Shown piece by piece: positions 1 to 12,715 of a stretch of DNA of 64,000 nt. How positions within the stretch are numbered: position 1 is the stretch's first letter; the number at the start of each line of letters is the position of its first letter. This stretch comes from Eledone cirrhosa (taxonomy: Eukaryota). Made by a program: the position numbers and the translations under genes. The stretch lies in the NCBI GenBank assembly GCA_964016885.1, contig OZ024740.1:349804001-349868000 (forward strand), in the 5' to 3' direction. The notes under the pieces are model-generated. The model was not told where the DNA came from, searched no databases, and saw nothing but the letters and a program-made list of their open reading frames with translations.

Positions 1-390
1 CATGCCATCTATCTTCTTTGTAATTGATCTTTGGGGTGATTCAACTTTCATGATACTTTGTTCCGCGTGGGGAGACCACAGTGGACAACAGTATTCGAGG
101 TGGGGTCGGGCAAAAGTGGAAAAGAGAAGGATAACAGTGTGGATATCTCTCAACTGGAAGGCTCTGAGAATCAAGGAACACATTCTGTGGGCCATGTCCA
201 CTTTGCTGTTTATGTGAGTGGCCCAGCTTATGTTGTTGTCCACAATTACTCCCAGGTCTCTGATGTTGTTGAATGCCACGAGAGTTTCACCCGAAGGAAG
301 AGAGTATGGTTTCAGAGCATCCTTTTTTCAAAAGTGTATTAACTCAAACTTATCCTCATTCAACAGCATATTGTTCTTTTCTGCCCATTG
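1..390 (-). mobile_element. CR1/L2-group LINE fragment (RT C-terminal/thumb region), pseudogenised
   Basis: Manual minus-strand translation: QWAEKNNMLLNEDKFELIHF*...NIRDLGVIVDNNISWATHINSKVDMAHRMCSLILRAF...FARPHLEYCCPLWSP...KVESPQRSITKKIDGM. These are typical CR1-group motifs (RDLGVIVD, RPHLEYC..WSP), with one in-frame stop. Runs off the window edge. Confidence 0.85.
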
Positions 391-440
391 GATATATATA
401 TATATATATATATATAAATAATTATCTATATAAATAATTA

Positions 441-942
441 TCTATATATATAAAACTGTTGTTGTCTGCGTGTGTGTCCTCATTTTTGCAAAGTCTATAC
501 AAATCCATATTTCTACTCCGATTGACTTCAAACTTGCATTTATATATTTCTTGCGGTTTAAAGATACTAACTGCAGCTTTTATTTTTCAATTTTCTGTTG
601 TTAAAGGGGAGTTAGGCGCCGGTTATCGATCTCCGTCGAGCCCTTATAATATCTGTCTGTATGTCTGACTGTCTTCATAACGACATTCTGACGAACAAGT
701 CATTGCTGACGTATTACCTTCGCTACACACACGCACACACACACGCGCGCACACACACGCACACACACACACACACACATATACATATATATACATATAT
801 ATATATATATACACATATATACATATACACACACATATATACACATACATATATATATATATATATATACACATATATATATATAAATATACACATACAA
901 ATATATGTATATATACACACACACACATATATATATACACAT

Positions 943-999
<57 letters not shown>

Positions 1000-1708
1000 G
1001 ATACATTGTAGGTCGCTTTAACCCGTCTTTTATTATTCAAAAAACCTTCTTGCCAATAAACATTAACTCTTTGTGCGCCATTCATCTAACTGTAGACCAA
1101 CAAATACCAACTAAACGGAGCGTTGACAAGAATGATGGCGAATGAATCTTCGAGGTAGGCAGTTTCCTCCCGAGCTGTTAGTTCACGCGAGATTCTCTGC
1201 TACACCTTTTTGTAATAATACCGAACAACGTACTGCTGGTCACTCCTTCCTCCAAAAGTCGTACAAAGCGGACATGTGCATCGGGTAGATGGATCGGGTG
1301 CAAATCTACATCAGGCCTACGCGAGAAATTCACAAGGGACTGAGAGGGATAGAGAGAAAGAGTAACTTAGTGGAAAGAGTGCGAATGAACTTTTGAGGTA
1401 AGTAGCCTACGCCTTACTGCTATGACACTGGAACATTCTGCCAACTTAACCTGTGACTTTCTCTTTCACATTTACTCCAAAAGGCCAAAACAGAGGAGTA
1501 TGAAAAGAAGGGGCTCAACAATATTTCCATGAACAATGCACGTAGACAGCTAAACTGTACTTTCAACTTCTTAATTTTCTCCAAATAAAACAAGTTTCCT
1601 GTCGGTATATTTTCGTGGGTTTTTAACAGGCACTCACAAATAAACGTTTCTCATTGGAGGTACTATTACCAATGTTCTTACCCGTGCAACGCCGAGATAC
1701 ACTACTAG
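441..1708 (+). mobile_element. Non-autonomous Helitron
   Basis: Begins A|TCTATATATATAAAA. Ends with a GC-rich imperfect hairpin CCCGTGCAACGCCGAG followed by CTAG|T (1705-1708). Inserted between A and T with no TSD. Confidence 0.75.
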
Positions 1709-1800
1709 TATATATATATATATTAGTAAAAAGGAAAAGAAAATACTGACAAATTTTTCCCAGTGAAAAATAGTTTAATTAGGAATAAGTATAAATTAGT

Positions 1801-1965
1801 AATTGTTTCTACTTTTGGCACAAGGCCACCAATTACCCAGTGCATTACTGCTACTTTATTTTATCGACCCCGTAAGGATGAAAGACTAAGTTAACCTCGG
1901 CAGGATTTGAACTCAGAATGGCAAGGGCCGTAACTCTATACGTCAAAGCATAGCGTCCGACTCTA
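1801..1965 (-). mobile_element. tRNA-derived SINE (family S1)
   Basis: Reverse complement of the consensus ...GAGTTCAAATCCCGCCGAGGTTAACTTTGCCTTTCATCCTTACGGGGTCGATAAAATAAAGTACCAG...GGCCTTGTGCCAAAAGTAGAAACAATTA, which has a B-box. About 20 copies in the window. Confidence 0.85.
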
Positions 1966-2129
1966 ACTAATAAGTATTAGTTAGTATTCAGTTTTAGTTT
2001 TAAGTTTTTACCGGTTGCTAATTTCTTATGCTTTTCAAAAATAATTTTGAGATAGAGCGCTCGTGATTTTTGTAGCTTGCCTTTGTAATATCTCCTCCAC
2101 CCGACACCCGCGTGGCAAATAAAAGAACT

Positions 2130-2293
2130 TGAGGCCCTTTACGTTCTGAGTCCAAATCCCGCTGATGTTAGCTTTCCATTTAATCCTTGCAGGGTCGATA
2201 AAATAAAGTACCAGTAATACACTGTTGTCGATTTAATCGACTTTCTCCTCCCCCTCAAACTGCTGACCTTGTGCCGAAATCAGAAACCATTAT
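2130..2293 (+). mobile_element. SINE S1, older/divergent copy
   Basis: GAGTCCAAATCCCGCTGATGTTAGCTTTCCATTTAATCCTTGCAGGGTCGATAAAATAAAGTACCAG...CCTTGTGCCGAAATCAGAAACCATT. Confidence 0.75.
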
Positions 2294-3007
2294 TAACAAA
2301 AGTGATGAATAAACAAGGTCGGATGATGAAGGTGGTGGATTACTAAACTTTAGATAGTGTGAAGTAGAATGCTAAATATACAGTTCCCAGCATGGGTTCA
2401 CGGACACCCCAAATTCCATAAAAGATGAACTGAGGGTCTGTGAGTTAGGTTCAAATATCAAATACCTTCTTAAAACCATAATATACATACATCTCTATGC
2501 ACAGAAATGTCCTTCTTTCATTGTTATTATTAACACGGTGGCACAACGGAAGAAGGGAGTAAAAACCACCTGGGTGGTGGAGGTCCCTGGAAGAAATACA
2601 TAAAAAAGAAGGTAACAAAAAGTTTGCGAATCGTAACCCTAGTGGGTTTCGTTAGGAATACGTGAGTGTGGCGATGAATTCATGAGCAAATAAAATTACG
2701 TAGTTACACATATAGATAAACGTATGTGTAAATACGTGTGTATATAATATATGTGTGTGTGTGTCTTGAGATGAATGGTTGTATGAATAGATTTACGCAG
2801 TTAAATATTTGTCTGTATACGTATATACAAGGGCGTTTGTATGTGAGGGTGGGGATGAATGCACGTTTGAATAGAATGACGCAGTTAAATATACATACAT
2901 GGATATACATATATATACATACATATATATATATATATATAAATATATATATATATTATGTATATATATATATACATATGTATATATATATACATAATGT
3001 ATATATG

Positions 3008-3042
<35 letters not shown>

Positions 3043-3077
3043 CATAATGTATATGTATATATATATATATACACATA

Positions 3078-3152
3078 CAGGGTGTCCCTAGAAGATGTAT
3101 ACACATATTTATTAGAATGCTGCTGAAGTGTGTATACATTTTTTGGGACAAC

Positions 3153-3155
<3 letters not shown>
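3078..3155. mobile_element. Tc1/mariner-type MITE (78 bp) in (TA)n
   Basis: TIRs CAGGGTGTCCC...ATGTATACAC / GTGTATACAT...GGGACAACCTG, TA-flanked. Second copy at 15841-15940. Confidence 0.8.
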
Positions 3156-3190
<35 letters not shown>

Positions 3191-3192
<2 letters not shown>

Positions 3193-3379
3193 CGAAGGAA
3201 ATGTGGTAAGGAACCAGGTGGACCATAACGCACCAAAGTACTCAATACTTGAGGTAGTAGAGTGGGTAATAGGAACCAGTAAGACCCCGACAGCTGAGCT
3301 CAAGCCGTTTCGACGGCTAATTCTGGACTGAATTAGCCGTCGAAACGGCTTGAGCTCAGCTGTCGGGGTCTTACCGGTT

Positions 3380-3384
<5 letters not shown>
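3191..3384 (-). mobile_element. Family A: Penelope-like 3'/pLTR fragment with fold-back palindrome and 3' half of a hammerhead ribozyme
   Basis: Flanked by (TA)n on both sides. Arms 3269-3323 / 3330-3384 (one mismatch). Each arm carries GAAACGGC-UUGAGCUCA-GCUGUC-GGGGUC (GAAA core, stem III, GUC triplet). Related copies at 19108, 33097, 36485 and 62281. The Penelope assignment is inferred. Confidence 0.7.
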
Positions 3385-3474
<90 letters not shown>

Positions 3475-3559
3475 TAGTGTCCCGTAACTTAGAGGTATCA
3501 GACTTGAAAATATATGCACTGTGGTGTATAAGATCGATTAAATGAAAGCGATGCCCCAG

Positions 3560-4060
<501 letters not shown>

Positions 4061-4701
4061 ATGTTACTAGGAATTAAAAAACCCTTACAAGTTTTTGCCT
4101 ACCCAGAAGTGAAGAAACGTGCATAAAAAACTTTGTAAGAGAAACTGTTCAACATATTCGATACATTCTTCCTATGGTTTCCGAAACGAATGATACACAG
4201 ACGCGCCGTACACACATACATATATTCTTTCTTCCTGTCATTTGGGAATCTAAAAAGTTGTGCAAAAGAGTTTTGCGGTCTCTCGCTTTATTTTTTTCGT
4301 CTCGTAGTGTGGTGCCACAAAATTATACAGATCTGTCACGTTTTCCTTAAAGCTTTGCGAAGATAGGAGAGGAAAAAAATGAGAAAATAAATAATAGTAA
4401 TATAATGATAATAGTAATAGTAATGTAATTATATAATGATAATAGTAATAATAATAATGTTTTCTTTATTAACCACAAGGGTTCACATAAAGTAGACATT
4501 AAGGACAGTACAGGACAATACAGGACGGTACAAATGGGCATTTCTGCGTGTAAAAAAACAGAGGTTGAAATAAAATAACAAAGAAAAATTCCCCAATAGG
4601 GGGGAGACTTCCAAGGGACATTTGTGGAGAAAGCCCATTAAAAGACCACAGTGGCCCTGACCACCAGGGCAAGTGCCCTCTCCCAGTTTTCCACCTTTAA
4701 T

Positions 4702-7700
4702 TTACAGACACATACTCAGAGAAGGCCCATTCATTCGGGCCATACTTGCTTCTCTCACCCATCTTTCAACAAAATGCTGGGAAGAGAGCACTTCCCTCTC
4801 TACCCTGATTTTCCTTTTCAAATGAAATTTGAAAAAGTTAATCAGGGCATCACCGAAGAGGTAAGTGCTCGTCTTCAGCCCTTTCAAACGTGTCCACCAT
4901 ACTATCTCTTTCGCCATGGCCACCAGACAGATAAAAACTGCCTGCCCTTCCAGGCTAAAGGAAGGGGGCGGGGCAATCCTCACGGTGGACTCAGCTGATA
5001 GCTGGATCCGTCCTACACGTGACAGCAGGTGTTCGACATAAACCCACAAGTCAGCAATGCTCGGACACTGGACGAGTGCGTGCAGGACGGTTTCGTCGCC
5101 CTGCGCGCATCTCGGACATGCCCGGCTGACGGCACCTCCATGCCTGTAGAGTTTATCCCGAACTGGCAAAGCTCCTCGGTAGCACTGCCAGGCCAGGGAT
5201 TTCTGGAAGTTGTCCATAGGCCCCAGCCCGAAAGTCCTTTCGAAGAGATTGGCTAGTTGATTTTCGTCGACGCCTAGAGTTTCTCCAAGTACGTCGTCGC
5301 TCTTCCTCTCCACTAATCCCCTATAGAACGCCAAGGTGGAGTTTCCACCGATCACATTGCCCGATTGGTCGAGGGCTGTGAACGCCTGAAGACATTCCAG
5401 TCTCCAAGCGCTCCCTCTCGGTCTTCGCTTGACCCAGGACTGCAGCTCCGTCAAGGAGACGAGCTGGGGAAAGACGTGTCTAACAAACGGCGACCACACC
5501 TGATCACCGTCGAGGAAGAGGTGACGATGTCGTAGCCTGAGCGCGTGTCTGCGCATCATCAGCCACTGCATGCCCAGCCCTCCACGTAGCGGGTGTTGAC
5601 AGCAGATGGACCACCTGACCATTGGAGCGCGTCCCTTCCACAAAAAGCGAAAGAGCAAACGCTCCAGCGCAGTCAGGCGGGGCTTAGGACAAGGTACGAC
5701 GGTCAGGCGGTAGTAGATGACGAACGCGATGTACGCGTTAGCCACCTCCGCTCGACCTTTCAGGGATAGCTTCCTCTCCGCCCATTTCTGGGTGAGAGAA
5801 GCCACCCTGCTCGTCACCTCGTCCCAGTTTTTGTCCGTCTGGAGGTCCGGACCGAACCAGACGTCTAGCAATTTAACCGGTCCGTTCGTCCAGCGCCCGA
5901 CGACGCTGTTGGACGGCATGGACCTGCCTCTCCAGGTGCCGAGCTGCAGGCCCACTGACTTTTCCTGGTTGATCATTGCTCCTGTCACCGCTTCGTATTC
6001 TCTTAGTGTAGTGCCGATCGCCTCGATGTGTTTGGCGTTCGACACCACTACGGTGACATCGTCCGCATATGCTGACACGGATCTTCCGCATCCTAGTTCG
6101 CGCGGTGGGACCCCCCTAAACGTCTCCAGTTTGTGCAGTAATGGATCGAGAGACAATACGTACAAGAGGGACGAGAGGGGACATCCTTGGCGGACCGAGC
6201 GCATGATGTTGAACGGTTCCGAAAGGTGACCGTTCACTCTCACCACAGAGCAGATGTCGCTGTGCATGGCAGCGATCCAGCCTCTGAAGACGGGCCCAAA
6301 GCCAGCCGCCCTCAGCACTGCCGCTAGGTAACGATGGTCGACCCTATCGAAAGCTTTCGACTGATCTAAATTGATCAAGGACCCACCCGTGCCAGGTTCC
6401 CTAGCTACCTTCTCTACGATGTATCGCATGAGGTGGAGGTTGTCGTGGATGGATCTGTCGGGAATGGTGCATGTCTGCGCCTCTCGCACCAGACCACCAA
6501 TGACAAGCGCCAATCTTTTTGATAGCACCTTGGTCAAAATCTTGAACTCTGTGTTTAGCAGAGTTATGGGCCTAAAATTATCTATGTTATCCTCCTTGTT
6601 CGGATCCTTTCTCAACAGCGTCACCGCTCCTCGGCTCACAGAGCTGGGAATTCCCCCGTTCTGTTGCCAGTTGCAGTAGACGTCCGCCAAGAGGCCTCCG
6701 AACAAGTCTAGCATTTGTACGTAAAGTTCATAGGGCAGACCATCCAAACCAGGCGATTTACCCCTTGTGCAGCCAGTCATTGCCTCCCGTACTTCAGCGG
6801 CTGTTATCGGCTTTTCGCAACACTCCGCCTCAGTGGCCGAGAGCCGCGGCAGTCCGTCGAGGTAGACACTAAAGTCCATCCCTCGATCCGGCCCGCCGCT
6901 GCCCACGAACAGTTGAGCGAAGTGTCGCTGAAAAGCTTCACACATTTGCCCGGGATCGAGTAGCATGCGCCCGTCGTGGTCCACCAAAGACCGGATCGTG
7001 GCTTTGTTGCCACGACGCGCCTCCGCCACTCGGACCCATTGAACAGCTTTCGTCCCCTCGTGTCTGAGAGCACGCACCCTAGCTCTGACAACGCAGCCTT
7101 CGTGCTTTGCATTGAAGAATTGGTCAAGGGCCAATTTCGCCGCAAGTACGTCGGTCGCGATGCCTTTGCTAAGCGCCTCGTCTAATTTTCTAACTAATTC
7201 TCCCTTTGCTCTATTTTTCTCTATTGCTAAAGCCTTACTAAACCTAATGGACTCTATTCTAATTGCTCTTTTCAGAGCAAACCACCACTTGTTGTTGACG
7301 ATGGTCCCCGTCAACGCCCGCTTAACTAGTTCGCTAATCCGGTCTCTGTAGGCCTTGCGCGCTGGTAAGGACGCGTTTAACTTCCAGTAGCCGGGTCCTC
7401 GTCTATGAAGCCTATCTAGGTCAAGCACACAGATCACGAATTTGTGGTCCGTGTAGCTGACTATCTTGAATTATGGACAGCCTATGCTAGACCTATCTAT
7501 TTCCCTACAAAATACTCTATCTAGATATGATCTGGATGACCATATGCGATTTGTCCAAGTCCACATTGGCACATTCGGGAAATCCAATCGGTACCTGTCA
7601 GACAGTTCAAAACGCCTGAGCAGGTTGGTGAGACTCTTGCACCATCCTCCCCTATCCGCTAATCCCACACAGTCCCAGCGTGCATCTAAGATCCCGTTCC

Positions 7701-8124
7701 AGTCGCCCACTAACACTAAAGAGCGGGACGTTCCAAGAAAGGTCTCCAGACGTCGGAAGAAATCAGGCCGCCCTGCTCCTGTCGGGGCATAGACGGCCAC
7801 TAGCCTGAAAGCTTGCCCGTCTCCGCTGGTCACGTCCAGCACCACCAACTTACCTTCTGGATCCAGGAAGATGGCCAGTATGGCGAGATCCAAACCTCTC
7901 CGAAAAAGCACAGCAACTCCTCCCCCCGATCCAGGACGGCTGGGAGATGCGTACACATCGTAGCCGCCGAAGATCGGTGCGAAGGCCCGTGCTTCGAAGA
8001 TTCTGGTCTCGCTGATGACCACTACATCTATGTTTAGTGACCTGAGGTCGTTGAGTAGGTGGCCCTGCTTCCACGACGAGCTCAAGCCACGCGCATTTAT
8101 GCTGCCTATTCTGAGTGAGGTCAT
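4702..8124 (-). pseudogene. LINE ORF2 (AP endonuclease + reverse transcriptase + C-terminal Zn knuckle) with a single in-frame TAA at 7471-7473
   Basis: EN motifs SINARGL, ISET, VYAP, GDWN, YLDR, TDHK. RT motifs KSPGLDG, FRPITLLN, DQSKAFDRV, VRQGCPLS, AYADD. Knuckle CPRC..ETVLHALVQC. ORFs 7471..8124 and 4702..7437 are in the same frame (CP*FKIVSYTDHKFVIC). Confidence 0.93.
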
Positions 8125-8159
8125 GTTGAAATGGAGTGGAAAAGATGGGAAAGACCACT

Positions 8160-9758
8160 TACCTTACTTCTCGTAGGGGAAGGACGGTTTCTCCATCCTT
8201 TTCACTGCTTGTGGCCTCCTCAGGAAGGATGTCCTTATAAATCCTCCTGGAGAGTGCTTGTCGGAAGTCTCCGATGTCTTTGGGGAATTTTTGTTTTAGT
8301 GTCATGTACGTTTTCTGTGTGATGCGAGTGATTTGTATATTGTGGAGGTGGTGTGAACTTTTGGGTTGTTGTGTAGTCTTTTTCTGTGATGCTGGTGTTG
8401 TGTTGGATGTAGTGTAATAATTGGTTGTTCAAATTTAATTGTTTCTACTTTAGGCACAAGGCCAGCAATTATCCCAGTGTATTACTGGTGCTTTGTTTTG
8501 TTTGTGTTTGTTGTGGGTTTGTTTCTGTTTCGCTTTTAGGTGACTTTTGTGGTGTAGGTGATGGTGGTGTTGGGGTTAATGATGGTGATGGTGTTGGTGT
8601 TTGGTGTGATTGGGTTGGTGATGCTGGTGTGGATGGTGGCATATCTGTCCTAACTCTTTTGTTTCCCTCTGTATTTTGTTTTTGGAGGGGGAAGGAAGAG
8701 ATTTTTTTCTTTTTTGGTTTCTTTTTTTCTTTTTTCCTGATACCGTTTCTCACTCCTCGTCGTCACAATCTGTCTCCAGTTGTGATAGGCCGGAGAGTGG
8801 AAAATCCTCCACAGGCCTTAGTTTTGGTTGTGGGGTGGTGGATGGTGTAGGCGCTGGTGCTAGTTCTGGCGCGTTGGGTGGTGGTGGTGTTGGTTTTGCT
8901 ACTGTTGTTGGGGTTGTTGTTGTTACAGTTGCTTCTGTTGTTGCTGCTACAGTTGTTGCTGCCATCTCTGGTGCTGGTGGTGTTGATGGTTGAGTCACTG
9001 GAGTGGGTAGGAGAGGTGGTCTCAACTCTGATCTTTACGAGTCTCTGGCCACAATAGCTTGGGACGAGTGTGAGGTCGTCACTTCTTAATGGGGCCATGG
9101 AGTGTTCTCTAGCCCCCTGTGGTGTTTCAAAGAACACGTCCACGGTTCCATACTTCTGCCCACGTCTGATGTGGGTTTTTTTTGCCCACACATGTCCCAA
9201 AGCTTTTTAGATTTGGGACTCGGATGCCCGTTCCACTCGGCGCGATTTTATATTAATTGTTCGATAAGACACGATGCATAGGCGCCAATGCTCCATTTTA
9301 TTAGGTAGTCGGGGGGGGGGGATGAGGCTGACCCTGTACCCATCTCTCTTTGCCATTTTTTTGGCTTCTTCTAATTCCTCCTGAGTTACCTGAAATGCTT
9401 CGCACTGTTTTGCTACTCTGGCAAAACTCAGGGTGGTTTTCTTAATGTCATTGTTGCTGTTGTTGTTATCGTTATTTTTGTTATTATTCATTTTAGTTTC
9501 AGTTGTGGTGGTGGTGGCGTCAGTGGTGTTCGGTGTGGAAGAGTTCATTTTGGTTGAATTCATTTCGATATCACGAGTTAATTCATTTTTTTCTTTTGTT
9601 TCTGTTGTCGCGGTGGTGGTGGTGGTGGGGGGGGGGGTTGTCACGGTGGTGGTGGCGGCTTTAACACCTGCAGTCATTGGTAATGGCGGGAAATGAATGT
9701 CTGCCTGAGACAAATTAAAAATATTGCTACTGCTTATATTTTTTTTTAGTGTTGGCAA
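8160..9758 (-). pseudogene. LINE ORF1 remnant (T/P/N-rich low complexity), disrupted
   Basis: ORF pieces 9207..9758 and 8763..9200 are in frame across one TAA (SQI*KALGH). Frameshifts follow, plus a SINE fragment at 8437-8494. Located directly 5' of ORF2. Confidence 0.65.
8437..8494 (-). mobile_element. 5'-truncated SINE S1 3' end nested in LINE ORF1
   Basis: AATTGTTTCTACTTTAGGCACAAGGCCAGCAATTATCCCAGTGTATTACTGGTGCTTT matches the S1 tail. Confidence 0.8.
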
Positions 9759-10095
9759 ACGTAGTAATATTTACAATGGTGGTGTCGGTGTGAGGTCTTA
9801 GTTTGTGAGAAAGGAGTGACTCTGAGTCAGCCATGGTGTTTCAAACAAAAATTTTTTGTTTGATAATTATAAAAGTTTAAATTTTGGGCTCAAGGCCCCA
9901 ATCTTTTTGGGTGTCCTTTTCACATAACAATGTATGTGCACTTACTCTTTTACCTGTTTCAGCTATCCGGCTGAGGCCATGCTGGGGCACATATACAATT
10001 AACAATAAAATTTTCCATGAATGGCAATTTTGAACAACTGAAAATAACAAACCTTTGCGGAGCTCACGATGATATGATTTACTACGTAGATCGCC

Positions 10096-10127
<32 letters not shown>

Positions 10128-10128
<1 letters not shown>

Positions 10129-10828
10129 TCAAAACGAAGTGGCTGAAACACCATATTTACAAGGAGGAGGCTAGCCCACTGTGTAGGATCTGTGGAGAGA
10201 GAAAGGAGACTAAGGCTCACATTGTATCCGAGTGTAAACACCTAGCCCAGACTCACTATAAAGGCTGGAGACATGATGTGATGGGCAGGGTGATCCACTG
10301 GCACCTATGCAAAGTAAACAATTTACCACATTCTGAGAAGTGGTATGAGCATTAGCCAGAGTCGGTGATAGAAAACGATCAGGTGAAGGTGCTGTGGGAT
10401 TTTAGGATACAGACGGACAAGAAACTGGAACACAATAGACCTGACCTGGTGGTTTTGGACAAGGAAAAAAGATCGTGCCTGATTGTGGATGTGGCCTGCC
10501 CATTCGACACGAGAGTGCAAGAGAAGGAGAGGGAGAAAATTAACCGATACCAGAACTTAAAGTGGGAGGTAAAAAGGATTTGGAACTGCCATGAAGTCAA
10601 AGTGATCCCGATTGTCATAGGCGCACTAGGGACTATCTCAAAGAGTTTCCAGGGATGGTTAGAGAAAATTGGCCCCTTCACGCTTTTTGGAAACGCTTCA
10701 AAAGGCATGCTTGCTGGGAACAGCAAGAACCCTCCAATACGTCCTGAATATCTGAGGCTGCAGGTAGTGGCTTGATATTCATTTCAACAAACTTTCCAGT
10801 TAACTAACATCAATGACTGAGACTCAAA

Positions 10829-10829
<1 letters not shown>
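10128..10829 (+). mobile_element. 5'-truncated R4/Dong-like LINE with restriction-like endonuclease, copy 1 (degenerate)
   Basis: CRICGE..HIVSEC, RHD, RPDLVV..IVDVACP..EKINRY. Has a TAG stop and frameshifts. Flanked by (TAA)n. Confidence 0.88.
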
Positions 10830-10880
<51 letters not shown>

Positions 10881-11640
10881 TAAGAGGAGACCTCAAAAAG
10901 GCTACAGAAGGAATGCTAATGGCTGCGCAGGAGCAGGCCCTCAAAACGAAGTGGTTGAAGCACCATATCTACAAGGAGGAGGCTAGCCCACTGTGCAGGA
11001 TCTGTGGAGAGAGAGAGGAGACTGTGGCTCACATTGTGTCCGAGTGTAAACACCTAGCCCAGACCCACTATAAGGGCTGGAGACATGATGTGATGGGCAG
11101 GGTGATCCACTGGCACCTGTGCAAAGTAAACAATTTACCACATTCTGAGAAATGGTATGAGCATAGGCCAGAGGCGGTGATGGAGAACAATCAGGTGAAG
11201 GTGCTGTGGGATTTTAGGATACAGACGGACAAAAAGCTGGAACACAATAGAGGTGACCTGGTGGTTGTGGACAAAGAAAAAAGATCGTGTCTGATTGTGG
11301 ATGTGGCCTGCCCGTTCGACACGAGAGTGCAAGAGAAGGAGAGGGAGAAAATTAACCGATACCAGGACCTAAAGTGGGAGGTGAAAAGGATTTGGAACTG
11401 CCATGAAGTCAAAGTGATCCCGATTGTCATAGGCGCACTGGGGACTATCTCCAAAAGTTTCCAGGGATGGTTAAAGAAAATCGGCCCCTGCACGCTTTTT
11501 GGAACGCTTCAAAAGGCATGCTTGCTTGGAACAGCAAGAACCCTCCGATACGTCCTGAATATCTGAGGCTGCAGGTAGTGGCTTGATATTCAATCCAACG
11601 GACTTTCCAGTTAACCAACATCAATGACTGAGATTCAAGG
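10881..11640 (+). mobile_element. 5'-truncated R4/Dong-like LINE, copy 2 (open CCHC + RLE region 10913..11566)
   Basis: MAAQEQAL..CRICGEREETVAHIVSEC..RHD..WDFRIQTD..NRGDLVV..VDVACPFD..KINRYQDL..IVIGALG. Flanked by (TAA)n. Confidence 0.92.
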
Positions 11641-11674
11641 AATAACAACAATAATAATAATAATAATAATAATA

Positions 11675-12152
11675 GATGTAAATAGATGCAAATAGACCTG
11701 ATATAATACTGAAGGACTTTAAAAAGAGGATATGCATGCTAATTGATATGTCTGTTCCAATAGACAAGAATGTATCTATAAAAACATTTGAAAAATTGAG
11801 CAAGTATAAGGACCTGGAGATAGAAATTGGAAAAATGTGGAAATTGAGAACTAAAACAATACCAGTGGTTGTGGGCGCTCTAGGAATGATACCTAAGGGG
11901 TCTAATGATTACTTATCCCAAATCCCAGGAAACCCGCGTATAGAAGAAATACAAAAGATAGTACTAATGGGAACTGCCCATATACTAAGGAAGATTCTGT
12001 CAATATAAGTACATCACAAGTCTAAACACCTAAAGATGCATGTGTGTGTATGTATGTTCTTTCTTGAACATGGCGGACCTTGTTGTCTCTTGAGGTCACT
12101 GGTTGTGACTTGGTGATAACTCGTATGAACATAAAGCAAGATAAATGCAACT

Positions 12153-12153
<1 letters not shown>
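11675..12153 (+). mobile_element. 5'-truncated R4/Dong-like LINE, second family
   Basis: NRPDIILKD..LIDMSVP..EKLSKYKDLEIEI..IPVVVGALG..VLMGTAHILRK. Different 3' UTR. Flanked by (TAA)n. Confidence 0.88.
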
Positions 12154-12199
<46 letters not shown>

Positions 12200-12202
<3 letters not shown>

Positions 12203-12332
12203 TGTTTCTACTTTTGGCACAAGACCACCAATTACCTAGTGCATTACTGGTACTTTATTTTATCGACCCCCGTAAGGATGAAAGGCAAAGTTAACCTCGG
12301 CAGGATTTGAAATCAGAATGGCAAGGGCCGTA
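12200..12332 (-). mobile_element. SINE S1 (5'-truncated) within (TAA)n
   Basis: Matches S1 consensus. Confidence 0.85.
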
Positions 12333-12334
12333 AC

Positions 12335-12369
<35 letters not shown>

Positions 12370-12377
12370 TAATAATA

Positions 12378-12570
12378 ATGATTTCATTTATTGGCCACAA
12401 AGGCTGACATGTAGGGGACAATACAAAGACAGGGACAGTGGGGGTTTACAATAAGGTCGAGTAAAAGTGCACAATGGCAAGACTAATTTAACAATGAACA
12501 TATAGAAAATAGAAAATAAACTATGCATAAATATAACAAAATAAATTCCCCAATAGGGGGTTGGACGACT
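12378..12570 (-). mobile_element. 3' UTR-only fragment of a Tx1/L1-related LINE
   Basis: Shares TTTATT..CCACAA.GG, GGACAATACA..GAC and TTCCCCAATAGGGGG with the 3' UTR at 4459-4610. Confidence 0.7.
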
Positions 12571-12715
12571 CAGGGGTGACTCAGGTACCCCACTAATCCT
12601 GAACCCCCTACGCTTCTAGGGCACCCGGGGAGAGCAAATAGATATGCATGTGTGAATGTATGTGTGTAAGCGAGTGTGTGTGTTTGTGTCATTATAGTGT
12701 GCGCATATTTGAAAT

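Larger units (their letters stand above)
4459..9900 (-). mobile_element. Near-full-length Tx1/L1-clade non-LTR retrotransposon
   Basis: Disrupted ORF1 (9758 to ~8160), ORF2 APE+RT+CCHC (8124-4702), 3' UTR ending AATAAAGAAAAC followed by (ATT)n. 5' boundary is approximate. Confidence 0.92.

Noticed and set aside
2625-2695. Possible hammerhead on minus strand (GAAACCC-ACUA-GGGUUA)
   Set aside because: Upstream core reads CUCAUGA and stems I/II do not pair convincingly; at best a decayed remnant.
3269-3384. pre-miRNA or MITE interpretation of the family A hairpins
   Set aside because: The element extends asymmetrically beyond one arm, arm lengths differ between copies, and arms are near-perfect. 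This fits insertion-generated fold-backs better than TIRs or miRNA precursors.
5029-8322. Plus-strand and alternate-frame ORFs overlapping the LINE
   Set aside because: Shadow ORFs of GC-rich ORF2 with no independent motifs.
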